Position numbers and translations under genes: made by a program. A DNA stretch of 64,000 nucleotides, from assembly GCA_964625945.1 (NCBI GenBank), contig CAZVDP010000007.1, positions 6,135 through 70,134 on the forward strand. The letters run 5' to 3'. Shown piece after piece: positions 1-8,615 of the stretch (position 1 is the first letter of the stretch; each line of letters starts with the position of its first letter). Source of the stretch: an uncultured Dehalococcoidia bacterium (GTDB lineage: Bacteria; Chloroflexota; Dehalococcoidia; Lucifugimonadales; UBA1127). Under the pieces are notes generated by a model, which had not been told where the DNA came from, did not search any database, and was given only the letters and a program-made list of their open reading frames with translations.

Positions 1-984
1 ATGAGTCAGATTGACCACCCGATAGAGTTGTACCTGGGGTTCGCTGGAATCCGGACTTTAGGCCAAGGAACCCTCATGCTTGCCAGTACTACGATGGTCG
101 CCGTATGGTTCGTACGACTCCGCGGCCGAGCAATGGCTATAGCGACCTTAGGGTCGGCATTAAGCTTCGCCAGCTTCCCGCCGCTGGTTCATTTTTTTAT
201 TGAACAGTTTGAATGGCGCGGTGCGTGGATCGGTCTCAGCATATTAATTTGGTGCACGCTCCCACTGATGCTCCTTGCGAGAAGGAGCCCAGAATCGATG
301 GGCCTCCTCCCAGACGGGGCCATTGCAATAGACCGCACCGGAGACACCGGAAACGATACTCTACATGCAACTCCAGAGATTTCCTTCACTCTTACCGAAG
401 CAATGAAGACCCGTTCGTTCTGGCTTCTCCTGTTTGCTAGTATGCCTCACTCCTTGATCACCACAGCCATGGTATTCCATATGGGTTCACTCATGACCTC
501 AAGAGGATTAGCGACGAGCCTTGCACCTCAGGTTTTAAGCGTCATGGCCGTTATATCATTGCTGGGCACACTCATAGCAGGTTATTTATCCGACAAGATT
601 CCTAATCGTTACCTTATCGCAGCTGGGCATATCCTGCTCGCTGTGGGTATGGTCTGGACATTCATCACCGGCCATACATGGCAAGGCTTAGCCTTGGGAG
701 CGATCATCGGGATATCGAGTGGCTTAACCCATACTGCGAACAATGTAATCTGGCCAAACTATTTCGGGAGACGCCATTTGGGTGCGATCAGAGGAGTCGC
801 GACTACCGGTATGGTAGCATTCGCCGCTGTCGGTCCATTTCCGTTTGGGGTTCTCTTCGATATGACAGGGACATACACCGTTCCACTCGTCATTTTCTTG
901 TTTCTCCCTTTGGCTTGCGCTACAGCAATCCTGCAAGCTTATCCTCCCAAGAAGAACGGATCTGAAGACATTGACAGTCAGTAA
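1..984 (+). CDS. MFS-type transporter (5' end cut by the window edge)
   Basis: The frame is open from base 1 to TAA at 982-984. The protein is multi-pass and hydrophobic, with MFS-like organisation. Confidence 0.7.
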   Translation: MSQIDHPIELYLGFAGIRTLGQGTLMLASTTMVAVWFVRLRGRAMAIATLGSALSFASFPPLVHFFIEQFEWRGAWIGLSILIWCTLPLMLLARRSPESMGLLPDGAIAIDRTGDTGNDTLHATPEISFTLTEAMKTRSFWLLLFASMPHSLITTAMVFHMGSLMTSRGLATSLAPQVLSVMAVISLLGTLIAGYLSDKIPNRYLIAAGHILLAVGMVWTFITGHTWQGLALGAIIGISSGLTHTANNVIWPNYFGRRHLGAIRGVATTGMVAFAAVGPFPFGVLFDMTGTYTVPLVIFLFLPLACATAILQAYPPKKNGSEDIDSQ

Positions 985-1040
985 AGAGGAGTCTAAAGTC
1001 AGACTACTCGATTCAATCTCGCATCCAAAAAGGAGACGTT

Positions 1041-1793
1041 ATGGGAAGCCTTGATGCACCAAAGAAACATGTTAGTGATGAACTCATTGAAACCGCGAAA
1101 AAGGCAAGTAGCGCAACCATCTCATATGAACTACAGAAGAGAGGCTTCCGTTTCGTCTATATGGCCGGAGTGCTCCCGGTCAAGGCAGGTACAATCGTGG
1201 CTGGCAGAGCCTACACACTCCGCTACCTGCCTAAGCGCGAAGATCATCCACAGTACCCGTTTACGAGAGAAGTCTCGGAGAAATATGCTGAGCATGTCGC
1301 TATTGAAGCTGTCGGCAAAGGTGATGTCTTGGTAATCGATGCGAGAGGAAATGTCGGAGCTGGCGTATTCGGTGATCGCCTGGTTGCGCGAATGGAATAC
1401 CGTGGCGCAGCTGGACTAGTTACGGACGGAGCGATCCGAGACGTGCCGTACCTGAAGGGGCAGGACTTCCCTGTGTTTATCCGCGCCCCACATGGCTATG
1501 GACACAACGCCGAACACTTCGCCATGGATGTACAACTCCCGATCTCCTGCGGAAACGTATTGGTATATCCAGGGGATCTTTTGGTAGGCGATGACGATGG
1601 AGTTGTCGTTTGCCCTCAAGCAATCGCGGAAGAAGTCATTCGAGACGCAGTTGCTCAAGAAGAAGAAGAAACATTCACTAGAGAACTAATCCAAGAAGGG
1701 GCCCATATTGTCAGTGTGCACGGCACTTTGACAGGTGACACTTTAGAGCGTTACAAGAAGTGGCGTGCAGCCCACGGCCTTCCCCCAATTTAG
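1041..1793 (+). CDS. RraA-family protein (long form; HMG/CHA aldolase / oxaloacetate decarboxylase-like)
   Basis: It has the RraA-family core 'GDVLVID...GLVTDGAIRDV...GDLLVGDDDGVVV'. AGGAGA precedes the ATG. It is a paralog of 31733..32443. Confidence 0.75.
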   Translation: MGSLDAPKKHVSDELIETAKKASSATISYELQKRGFRFVYMAGVLPVKAGTIVAGRAYTLRYLPKREDHPQYPFTREVSEKYAEHVAIEAVGKGDVLVIDARGNVGAGVFGDRLVARMEYRGAAGLVTDGAIRDVPYLKGQDFPVFIRAPHGYGHNAEHFAMDVQLPISCGNVLVYPGDLLVGDDDGVVVCPQAIAEEVIRDAVAQEEEETFTRELIQEGAHIVSVHGTLTGDTLERYKKWRAAHGLPPI

Positions 1794-1831
1794 GCCGATT
1801 TACCCTCACAAGGAGAGATGGCGTGGGCGAG

Positions 1832-2803
1832 ATGCGGATTGATGTGTTCTTCACATCAGACGACAGGAAAAAGTCGCTGATGCGGGATGTTGAGCATGGA
1901 CTTACTTCGCGACCAAAAACCTTACTCCCTAAGTATTTTTACGATGCGGTTGGGTCCGAGCTATTTGAACAGATCACAGAGCTTCCAGAATATTACTTAA
2001 CACGAACTGAATCTCAGCTTCTGTCATCCGTAGCCCGTACTACTATTTCTCGTGTATGTCCCGAAGAGGTGATAGAACTTGGATCAGGCTCATCGACAAA
2101 GGCTAAGGTCGTCCTAGAACCCGCCTACGCGACGGGGCGATTGTCCTCCTATGTTCCGTTCGATGTAAGTGAATCAGCGTTAACAATGGCAGCTGAGGAA
2201 TTGACTCAAGAATATCCTTCACTAAATGTACACGGGATCGTTGGTGACTTCGAGACAGATCTCGATAAAATCCCGCAACCCAACGGGCGGCGACTTCTGC
2301 TTCTGCTAGGAAGTACAATTGGAAATTTGAACGCGGATTCCCGACACAAATTCCTAGTAGCCATGCGGGCGATCCTAGGACCTGAGGATGCGCTCCTCCT
2401 CGGTGTAGATTTAGTAAAGAGCGTCGATATGCTGCACGCCGCCTATAATGACAAATTGGGCATTACAGCCGCGTTCAATCGGAATATTCTCGCCGTATTA
2501 AACAGAGAACTTGGTGCGAACTTCAATCCTGATGAGTTCCAACACTACGCGTTCTACAACCCTTCTTCCGCTCGAGTCGAAATGCACTTGATCCCTTATG
2601 TAAAGCAAATAGTCGCAATTGAATCGTTATGCCTTTCAATAGAAATCCAACCCAATGAAAGTATCTGGACAGAAAGTTCATACAAGTTCACCCGCGAATC
2701 AACAGTAACCATGTTGGAGACGGCGGGATTCTCACTAAAAGATTGGTCAACGGATTCTGATGAACAAGTTGGCCTAGTCCTGGCAACCCTTCAGCAACGT
2801 TAA
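1832..2803 (+). CDS. egtD: L-histidine N-alpha-methyltransferase (hercynine synthase, EgtD type)
   Basis: It is collinear with EgtD hallmark stretches: 'LPKYFYDAVGSELFEQITELPEYYLTRTE', 'ELGSGSSTK', 'LGSTIGN', 'TAAFNRNILAVLNREL'. The track ORF starts at 1760, overlapping the upstream gene. The likely start is ATG 1832, or GTG 1823 with AGGAGA at 1811-1816. Confidence 0.9.
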   Translation: MRIDVFFTSDDRKKSLMRDVEHGLTSRPKTLLPKYFYDAVGSELFEQITELPEYYLTRTESQLLSSVARTTISRVCPEEVIELGSGSSTKAKVVLEPAYATGRLSSYVPFDVSESALTMAAEELTQEYPSLNVHGIVGDFETDLDKIPQPNGRRLLLLLGSTIGNLNADSRHKFLVAMRAILGPEDALLLGVDLVKSVDMLHAAYNDKLGITAAFNRNILAVLNRELGANFNPDEFQHYAFYNPSSARVEMHLIPYVKQIVAIESLCLSIEIQPNESIWTESSYKFTRESTVTMLETAGFSLKDWSTDSDEQVGLVLATLQQR

Positions 2804-2824
2804 GCCCCTGCTAACGGGACTCGT

Positions 2825-3775
2825 TCATACGATCTCTTTGAGAAGATGTTCCCATGCTGTCATTTCGCGTTGAGGACTGAACCATGGGGCGAGATCGCGA
2901 CAGTGCTCACGCAATAGCTGTAACAAAGACCGATCGTTTTCTAGTTTCAAAAGTAATGTAGCTAAACCCTTCGTGTCACCAACCTGAAAATATGCCGGAT
3001 AGTCTGACCCTAACAATCCAACAGATCCAGGAATTTCAGAGGCGACTATTGGCACGTGATCGACGATGGCTTCAGAGATTACATTCGCTCCGCCTTCGAG
3101 TCGAGAAGATAGGACCAACACTTGGCTCCTAGCCATGATTTGTCGTGCCTGATCACGTGAACAATCGCCAAGCCACAAGAACCGAGGGTTCTTCTTCATC
3201 TCTGACGTCGCTCTCCGCGCCATTGAATCTGACATAGCACTACCTACTTGCAGAATTCGGATTCGCGATGATTTTGGCAGGAGCCGCGATGCTAAAGCCG
3301 TCCGGAAAGGATCCTTTACGGGTCTCAAATGTGCGACAACACAAACATCAAAATGCGTATCTTCGCTGCTCGTTGAATACGGCGTCGGATCTACAGATTG
3401 ATGTATCACACGCACTTTCGCACGTAAGTCAGACGGGATCTCTAATGCTGCTAGGGCTTGGAGTGTGACTAGTCTACTCGCAATATTCAACGACCGTACT
3501 GCTGAAACGCTACTGGAGATATCTTTGTAAACATCTGTACCCGTTAGAGCAACCACAATGGGAGTTTGTGGATGCAAACGGGAAAATCGTTCGATTGCAT
3601 GAGCACTACGCCTTGCGTGAAGAGCAATCATCAGGTCTGCTTCCTCTTCGTCGTAGCGTTCTGAAACCATTACCTGATGGCCTAGAGATGCCAAGATCGA
3701 TTGCCATCGTAGTGCTGTCACACGATTCCCGTGACGACTGCCCTTAGGCGCGGGAGTAATGATTTGAATTTTCAT
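2825..3775 (-). CDS. senB: Glycosyltransferase of the TIGR04348 / SenB (selenosugar synthase) type
   Basis: The N-terminus 'ITPAPKGSRHGNRVTALRW...LGHQV' and the overall GT-B-like length match my recollection of the selenium-linked TIGR04348 family. It is the last gene of an operon with EgtB-like and SelD genes. Confidence 0.7.
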   Translation of the reverse strand: MKIQIITPAPKGSRHGNRVTALRWQSILASLGHQVMVSERYDEEEADLMIALHARRSAHAIERFSRLHPQTPIVVALTGTDVYKDISSSVSAVRSLNIASRLVTLQALAALEIPSDLRAKVRVIHQSVDPTPYSTSSEDTHFDVCVVAHLRPVKDPFRTALASRLLPKSSRIRILQVGSAMSDSMARRATSEMKKNPRFLWLGDCSRDQARQIMARSQVLVLSSRLEGGANVISEAIVDHVPIVASEIPGSVGLLGSDYPAYFQVGDTKGLATLLLKLENDRSLLQLLREHCRDLAPWFSPQREMTAWEHLLKEIV

Positions 3776-3809
3776 CTCATCAGTCTCTTCCAGTCATGAC
3801 TGTCGCCTG

Positions 3810-5117
3810 TTATACGGCACATGTTCGGAATCCAGAGAATATATCATTCCGATCTGGGGTGAAAAAATTACGCCAAGTATTACGAACCAGCCTTGATCTG
3901 GTAGCCCAACACCCTCCCCTCAAAACACGGCGGTCGCCGAACCATGGGGCGGAATATTCTTTATATGGATCAAGAACAAAGCCAGGGAACGGCCAGAACC
4001 GATCCTCTACCCATTCCCACACATTGCCCAGCATCTGTCGACAACCAAACGCGCTATCGCCCTGAGGGGAACCATTAACATCGATGACCCCGCGATTACG
4101 GCCGTCAAGATTGGCATGTTCTAGCCGAGGAGCGGTATTGCCCCATGGGTATAAACGTTTTCCGGCATTTCCCGAATGCACCTCGGAGCTCGCCGCCATC
4201 TCCCATTCCGCCTCGGTGGGTAAACGGCGATGGGCCCATGCGCAAAAGGCAGTCGCCTCATACCAATTTATATGCATTACAGGGTGATCAGGAATGATTG
4301 GGGTCAATTGATCGAAGTTCCAACAACTCCAAGTGCCATCGGCATTCCTATCCCAATATCTAGGGGAGTCGACTCCTGCTCGTTGACGCCACGCCCAACC
4401 CCCAATATCCCAAAAATCTCTGTTGTTATATCCCCCGTCATCCACGAATGCCTGAAATTCAGCATTGGTTGTAGCGGTCGCAGCAATACGGAACGGTTGA
4501 ACCTCAACAGGGTGAGCCCACTTTTCGTTGTCAAACACGAAGTCTACTTTCGGATCCGCTCCCAAATAGAAAACCCCACCTGGAATCTCCACGTCCTTGC
4601 CGATAAGAGACGGATGGACTTGCTCATTGGGGGTTATAGCAAACAGAGGAGGGGCGGGATAGCGCAAGGCTTGGCGCGTGTAAGCGAGTGCTTCGGAGTG
4701 CATATCCTCATGAAACGTCGTCATTCTATAGAAATAATTCTCTCGCTCACTTAAAGCCATAGAGGAGAGGCGCTCGACACAAGCCTCCAAAACACTATCA
4801 AGATACTGTTTCGTCTCACACCGGTCTGGCAAAGCTAGATCCCAGCGCCAATCGTGAAACACTTCGAATGAATCGTAGAGGGCATCAGCATCTCGAAGCA
4901 AAGATCGACGACCATCGAGGTTGCGAAGTATCCATTTTTCCTGAAACCACGCTACATGACCAATTTCCCACATTGGCGGGTTTACGTTGGCTCCTTTCGG
5001 AACCAGAACCTGTGAGTCATCAAGATCAGAAACCATAGACAATAGCCGACGACGTGAATCTGTGACCCAGTCGATTAACTCATCTCGAACATCTGAAGGG
5101 GATTGTCCCGCAGACAT
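3810..5117 (-). CDS. senA: EgtB-like C-chalcogen bond-forming enzyme (DinB_2 N-domain + FGE-sulfatase C-domain), probably selenoneine synthase SenA
   Basis: It has a DinB-like N-terminal region with His residues. The C-terminal FGE-sulfatase signature is 'NVWEWV...RVLRGGCW'. It sits between the SelD gene and the SenB-like gene. Confidence 0.78.
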   Translation of the reverse strand: MSAGQSPSDVRDELIDWVTDSRRRLLSMVSDLDDSQVLVPKGANVNPPMWEIGHVAWFQEKWILRNLDGRRSLLRDADALYDSFEVFHDWRWDLALPDRCETKQYLDSVLEACVERLSSMALSERENYFYRMTTFHEDMHSEALAYTRQALRYPAPPLFAITPNEQVHPSLIGKDVEIPGGVFYLGADPKVDFVFDNEKWAHPVEVQPFRIAATATTNAEFQAFVDDGGYNNRDFWDIGGWAWRQRAGVDSPRYWDRNADGTWSCWNFDQLTPIIPDHPVMHINWYEATAFCAWAHRRLPTEAEWEMAASSEVHSGNAGKRLYPWGNTAPRLEHANLDGRNRGVIDVNGSPQGDSAFGCRQMLGNVWEWVEDRFWPFPGFVLDPYKEYSAPWFGDRRVLRGGCWATRSRLVRNTWRNFFTPDRNDIFSGFRTCAV

Positions 5118-5150
5118 GATTCAATTTCTTCCCAAAAACAGCAATCGCAC

Positions 5151-6194
5151 CTAAGAAACCACTCTGATCCCTGAATCTTCGCGAGAGATCACCTCTCCTA
5201 TGACAGCCGATTCCACGCCTCTCGACGACAGATTTCGGATGAGCAAATCAACCCTATCAGAGGGCAACGCTATTAGCAGGCCACCCGACGTTTGTGCATC
5301 ACAGAGGAGCACTTTTGTCTCTATCGACACAGTCGGACCCCACGCAACCTCACCTTCGAGGGCTTGAAGATTTTTTTGGGTTCCCCCAGCGACATTACCT
5401 TGTTGGAGCAATTCCCGAGTTCCCATGAGTACTGGCACACTACTCGCATCAATTACGGCCGTCACCTGACTACCATCAACCATGCCCCGAAGATGCCCTA
5501 GAAGACCGAAGCCCGTGACATCCGTGCAAGAGTGAGCACCAACAGCAATCATCGCTTCACTGGCATCCCGATTAAGTGTGGCCATAGTGGAAATTGCCAG
5601 ATCAATGACCTCCTGAGAGGCGTTCTGGGCTTTCGCCGCAGTAGTAATGATTCCGGTCCCAATTGGTTTAGTCAAAACTAAAACATCTCCCGGCTCGGCA
5701 CCAACATTTGAAACCTGTTCACCAGGCTTTACCACGCCAGTCACCGACAAACCGTACTTAGGCTCTTGATCTTGGATTGAATGACCGCCTACGATCAGGA
5801 CGCCGGCCTCCGCAGCTTTGTCAAAGCCTCCCCGCATCACGAGCGCCAATACCGACTTATCGATATCGGGGGGCCAGCACAGGATGTTCATCGCTACGAT
5901 AGGTCGACCTCCCATCGCGTAGACATCACTGAGGGAGTTTGCAACAGCAATCGCACCGTACCAGTAACCGTCGTCAACTATCGGTGGGAAAAAGTCTAGT
6001 GTTTGGATAAGAGCAACATCTTCTTGAATACGGTACACTGCCGCGTCATCTCGTGTAGCAACTCCAACGAGAAGATTCGGGTCTGTTACCGGAGGCATCG
6101 CACTCAGGACCTGTCCCAGGTCCTCGGGACTAAGCTTAGCCGCTCAGCCTGCGCAATTAGACAATGTCGTCAGGCGGAATCCCTTATCTTCCAT
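5151..6194 (-). CDS. selD: Selenide, water dikinase (selenophosphate synthetase SelD/SenC), selenocysteine-containing via in-frame TGA at 6146-6144
   Basis: The track ORF (5151..6098) lacks the SelD N-terminus. The minus strand reads GGAGGA-N6-ATG(6194) MEDKGFRLTTLSNCAG-TGA-AAKLSPEDLGQVLSAMPPVTDPNLLVG..., collinear with E. coli SelD '[25 protein letters not shown]...VDPNLLVG'. The TGA sits at the Cys17 position and the Lys20 equivalent is conserved. Confidence 0.88.
6106..6124 (-). promoter_or_regulatory. Candidate bacterial SECIS stem-loop downstream of the selD UGA
   Basis: The minus-strand RNA is AGGACCUG-GGA-CAGGUCCU, a perfect 8-bp stem with a G-rich apical loop. The stem starts 19 nt after the UGA, so the loop lies about 28-30 nt downstream. 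Confidence 0.5.
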
Positions 6195-6413
6195 GTCATT
6201 CCTCCGAGAAGGATAAATACCTACCAATAACTTATACTCCCGATCATTATAGCATCACTACTACCTTCTTAAACTACAACTGAACGCTCATTGACCGTAC
6301 CTTAAACGGATTGATACACTCGCGATGTCTTGCAACTCCCCCGAACCCTACAAAACCTAGTGAACACTACGAATGACATCGGCGAATCTTTTAAGTTCAG
6401 GACAGAATCAAAG

Positions 6414-7598
6414 ATGAGTCTAGTTTTATTCGGTGGAAATCTTTATACACCCGACTTCATAGAAGACGGCGCGGTCCTGATTCACGGCCACAAGATCTTG
6501 GCCGCCGGTGACCGTTCCCAGGTACTCTCAAATGATGAAGCTAAGAACGCTGAACTGATAGATATCCAAGGGAAGATTATAAGTCCCGGGCTTATTGACA
6601 TTCAGATCAATGGTGCAGGAGGAGCAGACTTTACAGGGAATCCCTTCCCTTCAAGTCTTCAAACCATTACAAGGCTACTCCCAGAATTTGGTTGTACGAG
6701 CTTCTTGCCAACCTTACTTTCCGCAAGCAATGAAACCATCTTGACGGCGTTACAAGCAACGAGATGGCTACGCGATAATCCCGAGAGTGGGGCACAGACC
6801 CTCGGACTCCATGTTGAAGGCCCATTTTTGAATCTCGAGCGGGCCGGGGCTCACAACACTAACCTAATCAGGGAGCCGTCGATGATTGATCTCAACCGCT
6901 GGCTGCAGGAAGCAGCCGGAGATCTCCGGCTGCTGACGTTGGCTCCCGAAATCCCAGGGGCTTCGACACTGATTCGCGAAGCCTCGCAAAGGGGGGTGCG
7001 AATCAGTTTAGGCCACACCGCAGCAACTTACCAAGAAGTAATGTCAGCATGGGATCAAGGAGCCTCCATAGTCACACACCTATTCAATGGGATGAAAGCA
7101 ATCTCTGCTAGAGAACCCGGGATCATCGGAGCAATATTCGATCATGATCAGTTCATTGCCACGATCATCGCAGATGGCATACATGTACACCCGGCGCTCC
7201 TTAGAGCTACGATCGGGATTATGGGGAGTGAAAGGGTAGTCCTGGTAACTGACGCCCTGTCGCCCGTGGGCACGAACATCGAACGTTTCCATCTCGGAAC
7301 AAGAGTCGTAGAAGTTCGAGGTGGAGCGTGCTACCTTGAAGACGGCACGCTCGCCGGAAGCATCCTTTCGATGGACCAAGCCATTAGAAATGTTGTGCGC
7401 TGGGTGGATCTACCGTTAGCGGATGCTTTCCGATTGGGAACCATAAACCCAGCGCGCGCGATCGGAGTGGAATCTTCGAAAGGGTCCTTAACTGCAGGCA
7501 AAGATGCAGACGTCGTCATTTGGACCCAAAGTCTTGAAGTAGAATTGGTCTTTACCAGGGGACTTGCAACGTATCAACGTTCAGGATTGTCGCAATGA
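6414..7598 (+). CDS. nagA: N-acetylglucosamine-6-phosphate deacetylase
   Basis: NagA/amidohydrolase motifs are present: 'PGLIDIQINGAGG', 'HVEGPFL', 'GHT', 'THLFNGM', 'ADGIHVHP', 'VTDA'. The track ORF begins at TTG 6330, but homology begins at 'MSLVLFGG' (ATG 6414). Confidence 0.85.
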   Translation: MSLVLFGGNLYTPDFIEDGAVLIHGHKILAAGDRSQVLSNDEAKNAELIDIQGKIISPGLIDIQINGAGGADFTGNPFPSSLQTITRLLPEFGCTSFLPTLLSASNETILTALQATRWLRDNPESGAQTLGLHVEGPFLNLERAGAHNTNLIREPSMIDLNRWLQEAAGDLRLLTLAPEIPGASTLIREASQRGVRISLGHTAATYQEVMSAWDQGASIVTHLFNGMKAISAREPGIIGAIFDHDQFIATIIADGIHVHPALLRATIGIMGSERVVLVTDALSPVGTNIERFHLGTRVVEVRGGACYLEDGTLAGSILSMDQAIRNVVRWVDLPLADAFRLGTINPARAIGVESSKGSLTAGKDADVVIWTQSLEVELVFTRGLATYQRSGLSQ

Positions 7599-8599
7599 AA
7601 CTAGGCGTAAGTTACTTCGGGAACCGAATACCATCGCACTACAAGAACCATGATCTACCCGAGATCCAAGCCGCCGGCTGTTCCTATGTGGTTCATACTT
7701 TTAGTGAGAACGACCTTAAATTCTACACCGGGACAATAGAGAAACTAATTGCTCTGACTCACTCCGCAGGACTTGAATCCCACATAGATCCGTGGGGCGT
7801 TGGGGGAATCTTTGGAGGTGAAGCTTTCAGCGAATTCCTCATCCTGAACCCAGATGCATGGCAGGTTCAAGTTGATGGAACACCTGTCCCTCAAGTATGC
7901 CTCCGTTCACCACGATTCCAAGAATTCATGCAAAACTGGATCAATACATCAGTCGCTATCGGCGCGGACATGTTTTTCTGGGATGAACCACAACTGATCA
8001 CAGAATCGACAGGAAAATTGGGATCTAATTCTGGGCACACCTGCTGGTGCTCAACGTGTAGGATGCTCTATGCCGACAGATATGGCGAGCCCATGCCGTA
8101 TCAGGTAACGGCACAGGTCCATGAATTCCTTCGCGAAACGGTAACCTGGTTTATCACAGATTTATGTCAATTTGGTGCAGCCCAAGGCGTACCTAGTACG
8201 GTGTGTCTTTCTCCAGCAGTTTTTGCACATCTCGGCGCTGACGCCATAGACACTATCGCCCAAATCCCAAGCGTTTCCACGCTCGGGATTACCCCATTCT
8301 GGCATCTTTGGAATCAACCCCACCGGAGGTATGTTCGAGAGCACGCGGACGCATTAGTAACTCTGTGCCGTCACTGGAAGAAAGAGCCCCAGTTATGGTT
8401 ACAAGGGTTTCTTATAGATGCTGGAAGAGAAATCGAAATCGGGGAAGCCGCAGACGAATCCATTCAAGCTGGAATTCGCAACCTGGCTGCATGGGGGTTC
8501 CAAGGTTGCGGCCATATGTCTTCAATGGCCCCGAGCCGCCCGGATGAAGTCTGGCGAGTCATCACAAAGAAATTTCAAAGACTCGAGGGCACACATTAG
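7595..8599 (+). CDS. Uncharacterised TIM-barrel / glycoside-hydrolase-like protein
   Basis: Its start ATG overlaps the nagA stop (ATGA at 7595-7598). The 'FFWDEP' segment resembles the catalytic-acid strand of clan GH-A enzymes. No specific family was recognised. Confidence 0.6.
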   Translation: MKLGVSYFGNRIPSHYKNHDLPEIQAAGCSYVVHTFSENDLKFYTGTIEKLIALTHSAGLESHIDPWGVGGIFGGEAFSEFLILNPDAWQVQVDGTPVPQVCLRSPRFQEFMQNWINTSVAIGADMFFWDEPQLITESTGKLGSNSGHTCWCSTCRMLYADRYGEPMPYQVTAQVHEFLRETVTWFITDLCQFGAAQGVPSTVCLSPAVFAHLGADAIDTIAQIPSVSTLGITPFWHLWNQPHRRYVREHADALVTLCRHWKKEPQLWLQGFLIDAGREIEIGEAADESIQAGIRNLAAWGFQGCGHMSSMAPSRPDEVWRVITKKFQRLEGTH

Positions 8600-8615
8600 C
8601 TAGCCCCTAAGTCCA

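Noticed and set aside
4230-4754. There are long antisense or alternative-frame ORFs inside well-supported genes: 4230..4754, 3796..4065, 18964..19377, 23159..23608, 24385..24732, 27998..28390, 47390..47776, 48592..49008, 49997..50398, 51524..51961, 55882..56214 and 63081..63434.
   Set aside because: Each is fully embedded opposite to, or out of frame with, a gene that has strong family-level homology. Their products are low-complexity, Arg/Ser/Pro-rich and lack ribosome-binding sites. They are shadow ORFs.
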